64,000 nt of DNA, taken from the NCBI GenBank assembly GCA_965248535.1, contig CBDFJR010000005.1, positions 736,001-800,000 of the forward strand. The letters are read 5' to 3'. Position 1 is the stretch's first letter, and every line of letters begins with the position of its first letter. The notes below the pieces were generated by a model. That model was not told the origin of the DNA and made no database searches. It was given only the letters and a program-made list of their open reading frames with translations. Made by a program: the position numbers and the translations under genes. This stretch comes from Phormidesmis sp. (GTDB lineage: Bacteria; Cyanobacteriota; Cyanobacteriia; Leptolyngbyales; Leptolyngbyaceae). Shown here one piece after another: positions 33,702 through 42,985 of this stretch.

Positions 33702-33800
33702 AACTAAATAGATCTTTGAACTAGATTAAAGGGCCGTTGCCCCATGTCTCCAACGATTGAAGAGATAGAGCAACAGCAGCACCCTGGAGTTTAGATAGGT

Positions 33801-34952
33801 TCAAAATATAAGTTGTGGTAGCTTTTCTTGAAACCCATCAAACGCGATCGTCACCTCCAGTTGATCACCCGGTAGAGGGTGGATGAGTTTAGTTTCATTG
33901 GTAAACAACTCTTGACCCGGCTTGGTCAATTCCTTGTCTAACAGCACCTCGTTAGAGTTAGTTCGTTTCACCTCTAGGCGTAAACCCCGATTGCTGGGCA
34001 ACAGATCGTCATAGCGATCGCGCACCAACAGCAAGAGTGTCCACGCTCCTTCAGAACACCAGGTTGCAATCATCAACTCAAACAATTGCCCATCTAGATG
34101 AACATCTTTGCACAGAGCACGCGCCTCTGAGGGAACACCTAGGGTTTTCTTAAGGTGAATTAACCTAGACTCAAAGCCACCCGCCATCGCACCCGCCAAC
34201 ACAAATGGACGATCGCTAATGCCCGCTTGATAGTGTTCTTCCAACAATCGTCGATTGTTTATTAAGTCGGGCATATTGATCGCACGAGTGCGAGGCATTG
34301 CCGACTTCCACCAATTTTGGTAGGAAGGAAACTCTTCTAAGGCAAAGCATTCATCCAAGTCAAACGTTTGAGTCTCAGGTGTTTCTTCGCATTGAGAAAT
34401 GCCCGATCGGTAGAGCATCACATAGTTAGACAACTTAGCAAACCCTGGAATTTGGACATAATCTAAACGATCGCCAAACACCACCGGAAAGCACCCCATG
34501 CGATGAGCCAATAGCTCAGAACTCAGAGAATACTGGCTTTCTCCGGGCAACACTGGGCGGCATTCAACTCTCTCTTGCACCCCCGACAGATATAGATCCG
34601 CCGCCATTCCCGTCCGACGAGACAGAGCATCCCAACTATCACTCCGTTCTAGATCTGACTCAATCTCGATCCAGTTCAAATAAGAATGAACTGCATACAC
34701 GGCGAGAGTATTCAAATAGACTTGTCGCTTGATTTTCAGATCAGATTGCTCGGCTGCAAAGGCACGGGCATAGGTGTGGGCATCAAGACCAAGGGGCACT
34801 TGAATCGCGTTGGGTAAAGAGGGAAGATTAGTAGACATTGTGAACTTCGGACTCTCCTGTTTTATAGGTTGGGTGGTTTCTTCTGCGTTCGTAAGCGGAT
34901 GGACTGAATTATCTTTGGTTGAATGGTTTTCAACCCGATCGTGCGTTCCCAT
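33801..34952 (-). CDS. DUF1822 family protein
   Basis: ARAFAAEQ...RQVYLNTLAVYAVHSYL.W...SDSWD...ADLYL...VECRPVLPGE signature. Confidence 0.85.
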   Translation of the reverse strand: MGTHDRVENHSTKDNSVHPLTNAEETTQPIKQESPKFTMSTNLPSLPNAIQVPLGLDAHTYARAFAAEQSDLKIKRQVYLNTLAVYAVHSYLNWIEIESDLERSDSWDALSRRTGMAADLYLSGVQERVECRPVLPGESQYSLSSELLAHRMGCFPVVFGDRLDYVQIPGFAKLSNYVMLYRSGISQCEETPETQTFDLDECFALEEFPSYQNWWKSAMPRTRAINMPDLINNRRLLEEHYQAGISDRPFVLAGAMAGGFESRLIHLKKTLGVPSEARALCKDVHLDGQLFELMIATWCSEGAWTLLLLVRDRYDDLLPSNRGLRLEVKRTNSNEVLLDKELTKPGQELFTNETKLIHPLPGDQLEVTIAFDGFQEKLPQLIF

Positions 34953-34998
34953 GAGATTACCTTGAACTCAACAGATTGAAGTCAGAATCATCAGAACA

Positions 34999-35712
34999 TT
35001 AGTCTTCTCCCTCAGGTTTGTAGCCCAGTTCCCGCAGGATGTCGCGCAGGAGGGGCTTACATTTCTTTTCCCAATGAGAGTAGAGAGTTTGTTCATTAAT
35101 TCCAAATTCACGGCTAATAGTACGAAGTTGTTTTTGAGGAAAATACAACAGCACTTGCTGACAGAGAGCTTGGGCATTGCATTCGGGGTAGCGACGGGGA
35201 TGGCAGGCCTGTAACCTACCTTCCGGGTCAGTTGCCACATAGCCTTCAAACCGGGCAAACAGTCGCTGAACTGCTTCATGATTGTCCTGCAACAACAGTG
35301 CATCCAGTCCTTCTAGGGTCGGAGCTTGCCAGCCTGTTTCCCCGGTTTGTTCTAGATAGGTCTCAGAGTCATGATCTCTTCCCATTACCTGGTCAAGGCT
35401 GTAGGTAGAGTTAGAAACCGTCCGCAGATCTTTGAGTCGCCAACTGAGGTGGTTGTTGATCCAACGAAAAAAGGTGGTTTCTAAGTCTTCGCTGGGCTTT
35501 GCTTGAAACTCATGCAAATGCCGCAGTAGCCATTCATAAGTTCGGTTGAGGGCTTCTAGATAGTTGGGGTGAGTGGAAGGGAGCAACAGGGATGATCGCT
35601 GCACATAGCGCAGTAGCCGATTGCGATCGCGAGAGGTGAGTGAGTTTGTCTGTTGTTCTTCACAGGCCTCAGAAATCAAGCATTCAAGCGGCTTATTAGA
35701 AGTGGAAGTCAT
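34999..35712 (-). CDS. Divergent sigma-70/ECF-like factor of the cyanobacterial DUF1822-associated type
   Basis: Region-2-like NYLEALNRTYEWLLRHL...FRWINNHLSWRLKDL, then DPEGRLQACH...PECNAQAL, and C-terminal HTH LRTISREFGINEQTLYSHW. Confidence 0.75.
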   Translation of the reverse strand: MTSTSNKPLECLISEACEEQQTNSLTSRDRNRLLRYVQRSSLLLPSTHPNYLEALNRTYEWLLRHLHEFQAKPSEDLETTFFRWINNHLSWRLKDLRTVSNSTYSLDQVMGRDHDSETYLEQTGETGWQAPTLEGLDALLLQDNHEAVQRLFARFEGYVATDPEGRLQACHPRRYPECNAQALCQQVLLYFPQKQLRTISREFGINEQTLYSHWEKKCKPLLRDILRELGYKPEGED

Positions 35713-35849
35713 AAGTTAGCTCCAGAATCACTCAGCGTCATCCAGACGATTAGGGTCATTGTCAAGGTCGTGGGCCAAAGGCTCTGAAGGCACCTCGTCT
35801 GAGGTTTGAGCAGGAGCAGAGCGATCCCGCTCAAACGATTCTGATACAT
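35709..35849 (-). CDS. Possible 46-aa small ORF (MYQNRLSGIALLLLKP...), not in the ORF track
   Basis: AGGAGG 9 nt upstream of the ATG; the stop overlaps the sigma start codon (ATGA). Confidence 0.35.
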   Translation of the reverse strand: MYQNRLSGIALLLLKPQTRCLQSLWPTTLTMTLIVWMTLSDSGANL

Positions 35850-35850
35850 A

Positions 35851-36836
35851 TCAATTATCCTCCTCTAAATTGGGGTTGAGTTGCGTTAGAAAATGTGAGT
35901 CTAGAAGATCTGTGAGAAAGGGCGAGTTTTGCAAAGCCTGCGGAACGAAAGGAAGGTTTTGCAGTTCTTCAGACACCAAGGCGTTGAACCAGTCAACCAA
36001 CTGGTGTTGCGGAAAATCTCTAGACAGGGAGATGCCGCAGATTTCTCGCAGTGCCCGATCGAAGGCTCGTTTTTGAGCCGTTTGATAGTTAGCCCCAGAG
36101 TATTTGTTCACCCCAACCAAGTGCTGGATGGCATGCACCAATCGGGCACCGCACCTAGAGCGATCGCCGGGGGACGATCTGCAAAAGGTGTGAACAAGCT
36201 GGAGTAACTCGGTGTCGGTAAGCTGACTTTTTTTTTGAGCACAAAGGCAGACGGGTCTAACCCGACCAGTTCTACCGCATTGCGCCCGGCTTGATAGGCG
36301 ACTTCGATGCCCCGTGGGTCATTTCCTAGCCAGGTGTAAAACCCAGCAGAAAACTTAGTGGCAACGCGATCGCTAATCGCATCTTGAGTGCCAATCACAT
36401 AGTTAATAGATTGACAAATCGCAATGGCTTGCACCTCCGAATAACACGCATTGAGAACTACACATTGCACATAGCGACTCGCTAACGCAAACAGATTTGC
36501 CAACGCATTCGACTGAATGAACTGACGATTATCAATGCGATAGTCATCGACTGTGATCAGGTGTTTTTCAATCTCACTCTCAAACACTAGCCCTGCCTCA
36601 CCCCCGCCGTGGCCAATAAAGTGGACAATCTGTGGCTTCTCTTTTGCCAGAGCAAACTGCAAATCTTCAGCATTGACTGCCCAGTAGGTTTTATAGGTAA
36701 ATCGATGTGAGTGTTGGCAGGCATTGAGCACAGTTTCAATCTTGCGGGCTTCGACATCTAGGTCTAGCGGTGAACTACCTTTGGGGTTCGCTGCTAGAAG
36801 CAGAATGTGAATTTTGGGTTCAGTCTGGTCAGCCAT
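35851..36836 (-). CDS. CHAT domain protein with a C-terminal sigma-region-2-like domain, out of frame at an A9 tract (36228-36236)
   Basis: CHAT: ILLLAANP, PQIVHFIGHG, CVVLNACYS. One added A joins ORF 36108..36836 to the frame of 35851..36141 (328 aa), whose product resembles the N-half of the adjacent sigma-like protein. Confidence 0.75.
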
Positions 36837-36946
36837 CGGGTTTTTGACTCCGATTGAGTGTCTTATTAGGTAATCAGTGTGAGGAGACGGTTGTTATGAC
36901 GTTCTCTCCCTAAATCTTGGTAAAGAAGTGTAACGATGAAGGGCTG

Positions 36947-37084
36947 ATACCAATTTGATTTGTGAATGCGACAGATCCGCACGAGGGCACGGCAGTGCCA
37001 TGCCCGTACAAAAAGCGTAGGGGCATGGCATGCCGTGCCCCGTCGGATTGAACGATCAGTCGCAATTGCATCCGAAATTGGTAT
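36947..37084. repeat. MITE-like element with a pair of inverted GTAG-type REP palindromes
   Basis: Terminal inverted repeats ATACCAATTT / AAATTGGTAT enclose GGGCACGGCAGTGCCATGCCCGTAC and GTAGGGGCATGGCATGCCGTGCCC. Confidence 0.75.
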
Positions 37085-37289
37085 GACCCAATTTCATAAC
37101 TCAAACATTTTGAACTGATTACCTATTAAGAGAGTTATTTAGCTGAACGTTGTTCATAAATTTTATCTCTCTCAAGCTGTGAAAATCTGAGCGTTATAGA
37201 AGGCTAGAGTTGAGGTGCATCAATGCTTTGCTCAAGCCAAGGTGAGGAGGAATTTCGATTAATTTTAGCCTTCATCAGGAGTTGTAAAC

Positions 37290-37760
37290 ATGTCTTCCCT
37301 CAGCAACCCAAAACATTCATCTCGCTCTCAAACTAAAGTCTTGCCTGACTCTGTTAGCGATCGCGACACTCCCCTCTCTGCCGAAGACTATCAGACGGTC
37401 GCTATGCTGACGACTCTCCAGTATAAGGAGATCCTGCGGCGGCTTGGGGCCCTCGAACAAGCCAGTCATCGAGCACAGGTTGAAGAAGACTTACCTCGCT
37501 ACAGACACTTTCGTGACCCTGTGAATGAGCGCACAAAATATAGCCCGATCGTTAGAATCGCGTTTAAGGCGCTGACGGTTTTGTTCTGGTCGTTCGCAGG
37601 ATTTGCGCTGGCCTATGTGCTTTCAGTGGGGCTTCATGCGCCGCATTTTGTCTTAGACACGTTGCAAGATCTCGCGTCTGACTGGTTGTTGCCTTTAGCA
37701 GCGCTGACGTTGTGCACGATCGCGATCGCGGCATTACACGAGTCGTTGAAAAGTAGCTGA
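37290..37760 (+). CDS. Hypothetical membrane protein
   Basis: AGGAG RBS; two C-terminal hydrophobic helices. Confidence 0.7.
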   Translation: MSSLSNPKHSSRSQTKVLPDSVSDRDTPLSAEDYQTVAMLTTLQYKEILRRLGALEQASHRAQVEEDLPRYRHFRDPVNERTKYSPIVRIAFKALTVLFWSFAGFALAYVLSVGLHAPHFVLDTLQDLASDWLLPLAALTLCTIAIAALHESLKSS

Positions 37761-37816
37761 ACCATAGCTTGAGCAAAGTCTTCAAACCCCTATTCCCAAA
37801 GCGACACGCTGGAAAC

Positions 37817-38689
37817 TTAGCCCATGCCGCTTTGTCCTTTCACCAAACGGTCTAGCTCTAACTGCATTTTCGTCACCACTAGTTCATAGCAAGCGTCAAC
37901 ATAATCGCGATCGAGAGCCGCCGATCGCCCATAGCGCTCAAACACGATCGGGGCACAAATGCGAGTGTGGATGGGGACAGGCATCGGAATGTTAGGCAAC
38001 GGCCCGATCGCCAATCCCCAAGGTAGCCCTAAATAGATTGGGAACACGATCGGGTCAACGCCAAAGGGCCAGGGCATTCCCCAGTCGTGAAGCTGCCGAA
38101 GCTGTTTGTAGTAATTAGCCAAAATAATCAAGGTGTCATGAGCACCGTTAGAAATGGCAGGCACGATCGGCACCCCCTCGCGCAGCGCTAACTTGATAAA
38201 TCCTTTTCGCCCTGCAAAGTGAATGCGATGCCGCTCTGTGTAGGGTCTCCACAGGTCGTCAGCCCCACCGGGATAGACTAAGACCGCCGCCCCTCGCCTC
38301 AGAGCCGCGCTGGCCATTTTAGGGTGAGCTTGAATGGCTCCCATCTCGACTGTCAGCCGAGCGTAACCCGGCACCATCCACACATTGGGGTGCATCAGCC
38401 CATAGACAGGGCGCGCTGACCCAAACTGACGAAACCAATCGACCATAAACATGAGAGTATCCGGTGCGATCATGCCCCCGTTGTGAGACCCGACAATCAA
38501 CATGCTGCCATCGGTCGGCAGATGATGCCAGCCATCGGTGGTGACTCGAAAATAGTGGCGGTAGAGCCAGTCTCCGAGGGGAAGCATCGCGTCTATCACG
38601 TCGGGCGATCGCTCATCTAGAGACCAGCCATCGAAGGAATGATAAGTTGCCTGGCGATCCTTAAAAAAGGCATCAAAATAATTGAACAA
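37817..38689 (-). CDS. Lysophospholipid/diacylglycerol acyltransferase family protein
   Basis: IVGSHNGG...D, VLVYPGG, RKGFIKLALREGVPIVP motifs. Confidence 0.9.
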   Translation of the reverse strand: MFNYFDAFFKDRQATYHSFDGWSLDERSPDVIDAMLPLGDWLYRHYFRVTTDGWHHLPTDGSMLIVGSHNGGMIAPDTLMFMVDWFRQFGSARPVYGLMHPNVWMVPGYARLTVEMGAIQAHPKMASAALRRGAAVLVYPGGADDLWRPYTERHRIHFAGRKGFIKLALREGVPIVPAISNGAHDTLIILANYYKQLRQLHDWGMPWPFGVDPIVFPIYLGLPWGLAIGPLPNIPMPVPIHTRICAPIVFERYGRSAALDRDYVDACYELVVTKMQLELDRLVKGQSGMG

Positions 38690-38790
38690 CGAATCCTCAC
38701 GCCTCCCTTTCAGTTCCTATAATATTTTTGCTCAAAATTGCACCAACTGAGAACTGAGTCCGTACCCAATCCACCCTACAGTCGAAGACC

Positions 38791-38877
38791 TCCCTTCACC
38801 CTTCTTGTAACTTGGGAGAAGGAAACCAGACTCTTGCTCCCCTCTCCCAGCTTGGGAGAGGGGTTGGGGATGAGGGC
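38791..38877. repeat. Palindromic intergenic repeat (CCCCTCTCCC...GGGAGAGGGG type) with a degenerate partner
   Basis: CCCCTCTCCCAGCTTGGGAGAGGGGTTGGGGATGAGGG hairpin preceded by a decayed inverted copy. Confidence 0.65.
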
Positions 38878-38936
38878 GAGACAACCTACAAAAGTCGAGA
38901 GTATTCAATTCTCATTTCTAGGAAAACTTCAAACGT

Positions 38937-40523
38937 CTATTTCGACAACAGTGCGTTCTCAAGACTCTTTTGTTCTAGATCTCGTCTTGCTTCCTCAACT
39001 TGAAACTGGGCGAGTTGAGCATCCATTTGATGGCGCACCAGATCGCGAAACTCAATAAAGTGTTCTGCATAAGCACACACTGTTAAATACTGATCCCAAA
39101 CAGTCGGATTGTGCTTGAGAATGTTGAACAAGTGGTGCCAAAACATGAAGCGCGTGTTTCGCTTAATGCCCTGTTGCCAGACGACATAAGCCAACGCCTT
39201 TAACTCGACCAAACCCGGAAACTTATCGGGAGCAAGTCTCGGCGGCGCGGTCATGTGTCGGAACGATCGGTAGACCCGATCGAGAAAACATCTCGGCTCA
39301 TACAGCGTGCAAAATGCCCGAATATATTCTTGAGCAATCTGCTCTACCGGACGAGTCGGAATGAAGTTCATCAACATGGTCTGGCTGCCATCGCCCAGGA
39401 TTTCCAGCAGTCGTCCTTCTTTTTTGAGTCGATGCCACAGCGCCGTATCAGGCAGTGCTTGAAGAATTCCAAACGTCGTGGTCGGAATCGCAGTCTGCTC
39501 AACAAACTCAATGATGCGATCGCCCGCGCCTGCCTTTTCGCCGTCAAACCCGATAATGAACCCTGCCGTGACTCGCAGCCCCGTTTCGTTAATGGTTTTC
39601 ACCGCATCAACGAGAGAGTTTCGCATATTCTGAAACTTTTTGGTGAGTTGCAGACTCTCCGCATCCGGCGTTTCGATACCCAAAAAGACCGCCTTAAAGT
39701 TGCACGCCACCATTGAGTGCATCAACTCGACATCTTCAGCTAAATCAACCGAGGCTTCGGTGAGAAACGTAAAGGGATACTGGCGTTCTGCCATCCAACC
39801 CTTGAGTTCATGCAGCATCAGCTTGACGTTGCGCTTGTTGCCAATGAAGTTGTCATCGACCATAAAGATCGATCGTCGCCAGCCCAATTGATAGAGGCAT
39901 TCAAGCTCGGCCAAAAGCTGCTGGGGATCTTTAGTGCGGGGTTTGCGACCATAGAGCACGATAATGTCGCAAAACTCGCACTGAAAGGGGCAACCGCGTG
40001 AAAACTGAACGCACATTGCATTGTAGGCATCCAACTCTAACAAGTCATAGCGGGGGATGGGCGTTTGGGTGACATCAGGGCGCTCACCGTTAGAGCGAAA
40101 AACGCCTTGAGACTCGCCGCCCTCGATCGCTTCCACAAACAGCGGCAGTGTCAGTTCACCTTCATCTAAAACCAGATAGTCTGCTCCGGCTTCTAACGAA
40201 TCTTGAGGAATTGATGTCGGGTAAGGGCCACCTACGGCAACCGATTTGCCCCGTCGCTTGGCTTCTCGAATCAGCGCTAGCAAATCTGGCTTTTGCACAA
40301 TCATCGCCGACAAAATCACGACTTCTGCCCAATCCCACTCGGCTTCGGTGACTTCCCGAACGTTGTGGTCTACCAGCTTAAAGTCCCACGTTTGCGGCAA
40401 AATAGCGGCGACCGTCACCAATCCTAAGGGCGGCATCGAAGCTTTGCGATTGATTAGCTTCAAAACCTTTTCGTAGGACTCGATCGTTTTAGGGAAGCGG
40501 GGATAAAGGAGCAGCGCGCGCAT
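38937..40523 (-). CDS. B12-binding radical SAM protein (DUF4070 C-terminus)
   Basis: N-terminal cobalamin-binding region (PPLGL, GGPYPT); SRGCPFQCEFC CxxxCxxC motif. Confidence 0.93.
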   Translation of the reverse strand: MRALLLYPRFPKTIESYEKVLKLINRKASMPPLGLVTVAAILPQTWDFKLVDHNVREVTEAEWDWAEVVILSAMIVQKPDLLALIREAKRRGKSVAVGGPYPTSIPQDSLEAGADYLVLDEGELTLPLFVEAIEGGESQGVFRSNGERPDVTQTPIPRYDLLELDAYNAMCVQFSRGCPFQCEFCDIIVLYGRKPRTKDPQQLLAELECLYQLGWRRSIFMVDDNFIGNKRNVKLMLHELKGWMAERQYPFTFLTEASVDLAEDVELMHSMVACNFKAVFLGIETPDAESLQLTKKFQNMRNSLVDAVKTINETGLRVTAGFIIGFDGEKAGAGDRIIEFVEQTAIPTTTFGILQALPDTALWHRLKKEGRLLEILGDGSQTMLMNFIPTRPVEQIAQEYIRAFCTLYEPRCFLDRVYRSFRHMTAPPRLAPDKFPGLVELKALAYVVWQQGIKRNTRFMFWHHLFNILKHNPTVWDQYLTVCAYAEHFIEFRDLVRHQMDAQLAQFQVEEARRDLEQKSLENALLSK

Positions 40524-40689
40524 AATGTTTTAAACCAAGAGTAGGCTAAATAGTGAGATTAAACGGGTGCACTCAAGAGAATAGCACTCTTGCTCGATCG
40601 AGCGGAAACACCTCATCGTCGCCTCAAAACCTGGTTTGCCCACTCAAACGTCTCTAATTGCAACATTGATGCGATGATTTGCAGTTTAA

Positions 40690-42113
40690 CAGAGTCGGCG
40701 GGAATTCCCCCACCTCTTGTAATGGAGCAACAGCGAAGCGAGGTGCGGAATGGAAAAGGTGGGGGATGAAAGCCAGGGCGATGTAGCGAAGCGGAATCGC
40801 CAATGTCTTAGACCTCAACCCAAAAGATTTATCAACGCTCCTTACTATTGTTGCTAGTTTGCAGTAAAGTAGAGGAATGAAACACGCGGTCAAGGTACGA
40901 ATTTATCCCACTGACGAGCAGAAAGAGGCGCTTTCAAAGGCGTTTGGTTGTGCCCGTTGGTTTTGGAATAACTCGTTAGCTGAGACGAATCGACTCTACA
41001 AAGAAGCGGGAAAAGGCTTATCTCAAGTTGGGATGAACAGTCGGCTACCTGCACTCAAGAAAGAGTTTGAATGGTTGACAGAGCCTTATAGCCAAGTGCT
41101 GCAAAGCGTGTCTCTAAACCTATCAAGAGCGTTTATCAACTTCTTTGACGGGCGGGCTCAATTCCCTAACTTCAAATCGAAGCACGGCAAGCAATCGATT
41201 CAGTATCCTCAGAGCGTCAAGATGACGGATGAAGGGTTGAAACTTCCGAAGCTGGGAGTGATCAAGGCTAAAATTCATCGCGTGTTTGAAGGGAAGCTGA
41301 AAACTGTAACGGTTTCTCTCACGACCTCTGGCAAGTATTTTGCATCATTGCTGTTTGATGATGGACTGCCAGAGATTGAGGGATCTGGAGTAGGAAAAGC
41401 AGTCGGGATTGATTTAGGTCTAACCCATTTTGCGATTACATCCGACGGCTCTAAGTTTGACAATCCGAGGGTGTTAAAGAAGCATTCTCGCAACCTCAAA
41501 CGCAAACAGCAAAAACTTTCTCGCAAACAAAAGGGGTCAAGCAACCGGAAAAAGGCACGTCGCCTTGTGGCACGGGTTCACGAAAGAATTGCGAACGTGA
41601 GAAAAGACTTTCTGCATAAGCTCTCGCGCAAAATGGTCAACGAAAACCAAGTGATCTGCGTTGAGAATCTGGCAGTCAAGAACATGGTGAAAAATCACAA
41701 CTTAGCCAAAGCAATCAGCGATGCCAGTTGGTCGGAGTTCACCAGAATGCTTAGTTATAAAGCAGGGCAGGATGGAAAGATCTATCAAGAAGTTGACCGA
41801 TTTTTCCCGTCCTCAAAGACCTGCTCAGTCTGCCTCAATCGAGTGGGTAGCCTCGCACTGGAGATCCGGTCATGGCAGTGTCAAAACTGCGCTACGAAGC
41901 ATGACCGAGACGTGAATGCTGCTATCAATATTCGAGATGAAGGTCTACGAATCTTGGCGTTAGGAACTAGCGCTACTGCCAATGGAGGGAAGGTAAGTCC
42001 GAAGGTTGGACGGCGTAAGTCATCCGTATCTGAGGCTCTTCCCGTTGAAATTGGAAGCCCCCACTCAACGACCGAAGCGCGTAGCGCGTAGGAAGTCAGT
42101 GGGGGTAGTTCAC
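40690..42113 (+). mobile_element. IS200/IS605-family element, tnpB only (non-autonomous, IS1341-like)
   Basis: Left-end hairpin TCCCCCACCT/AGGTGGGGGA (40706-40766); right-end hairpin CCCCCACT/AGTGGGGG followed by TAGTTCAC (ends 42113); no tnpA. Left boundary inferred just after TTTAA. Confidence 0.85.
40877..42091 (+). CDS. tnpB: RNA-guided endonuclease TnpB
   Basis: RIYPTDEQ N-terminus, RuvC GIDLG / VENL / DRDVNAA, Zn ribbon CSVC...CQNC. Confidence 0.96.
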   Translation: MKHAVKVRIYPTDEQKEALSKAFGCARWFWNNSLAETNRLYKEAGKGLSQVGMNSRLPALKKEFEWLTEPYSQVLQSVSLNLSRAFINFFDGRAQFPNFKSKHGKQSIQYPQSVKMTDEGLKLPKLGVIKAKIHRVFEGKLKTVTVSLTTSGKYFASLLFDDGLPEIEGSGVGKAVGIDLGLTHFAITSDGSKFDNPRVLKKHSRNLKRKQQKLSRKQKGSSNRKKARRLVARVHERIANVRKDFLHKLSRKMVNENQVICVENLAVKNMVKNHNLAKAISDASWSEFTRMLSYKAGQDGKIYQEVDRFFPSSKTCSVCLNRVGSLALEIRSWQCQNCATKHDRDVNAAINIRDEGLRILALGTSATANGGKVSPKVGRRKSSVSEALPVEIGSPHSTTEARSA

Positions 42114-42985
42114 TTTACGTCTTTGATGCGCGTTTTGCGCTCTAAAATCTCTTTTAAGACGAGAGTTACCACTGCTAATAAGGCCAGCAGCACCGCCGCC
42201 GAATAAGCTGCCTCGGTCTCATATTGTTTATAGGTCTCCTCAACAAAAAGCGGTAGGCTTTGAGTCTTATTGGCAATGTTGCCAGAGACTACTGAAACCG
42301 CCCCAAACTCGCCCATGGCTCTAGCGTTGGTGAGAATCACACCATAGAGCAAACCCCATCGAATGCTGGGCAGGGTGACTCGCCAAAACGTTTGCCAGTC
42401 GCTTGCCCCCAACGTTTTCGCCGCTTCTTCTTGATCGGCTCCGACTTCTTCTAGCACCGGAATTACCTCACGGGCCACAAACGGCATACTCACAAACACC
42501 GTGGCTAACACCATGCCCGGCACCGCAAATACAATATTGATATGGTTGGCTTCGAGCACGCCGCCAAACCAGCCTCGTCGCCCATAGAGCAAGACGATCA
42601 TCAACCCTGCTACGACGGGTGAAATTGAGAAAGGCAGATCGATAATACTCAAGACAAAGGCGCGACCCGGAAACCGCCGCCGCGCGATCGCCCATGCAGC
42701 ACACAGCCCAAATACCACATTTAACGGTACCGCAATCACGGCCATCAGCAGCGTTAACCGGGCCGCAGACAAAAAATCGGGGCGAGTCAGCGTCTTAAAA
42801 AAGGTGCCAAACCCTCTGCTAAAGGCTTGTGCAAAGACGTTTGCGGCCGGAATGTAGAGCACCAGAGACAGATAGAGAATGGCGATCGCGATCAAGATCG
42901 TAGGCACCCATTTACGGCGTGGCTTGGTTGTAGTGACCCCTGGTTTGGGATCAGAGGCATTCAAAGACGAACCCAGATTAGCCAT
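42110..42985 (-). CDS. cysW: Sulfate ABC transporter permease CysW
   Basis: IDLPFSISPVVAG, EEAAKTLGA, NARAMGEFGAVSVVSG. Confidence 0.93.
   Translation of the reverse strand: MANLGSSLNASDPKPGVTTTKPRRKWVPTILIAIAILYLSLVLYIPAANVFAQAFSRGFGTFFKTLTRPDFLSAARLTLLMAVIAVPLNVVFGLCAAWAIARRRFPGRAFVLSIIDLPFSISPVVAGLMIVLLYGRRGWFGGVLEANHINIVFAVPGMVLATVFVSMPFVAREVIPVLEEVGADQEEAAKTLGASDWQTFWRVTLPSIRWGLLYGVILTNARAMGEFGAVSVVSGNIANKTQSLPLFVEETYKQYETEAAYSAAVLLALLAVVTLVLKEILERKTRIKDVK

Noticed and set aside
38738..39058. 106-aa ORF containing LLPSPSLGEGLGMRA
   Set aside because: The peptide is the translation of the palindromic DNA repeat and overlaps the radical SAM gene end.
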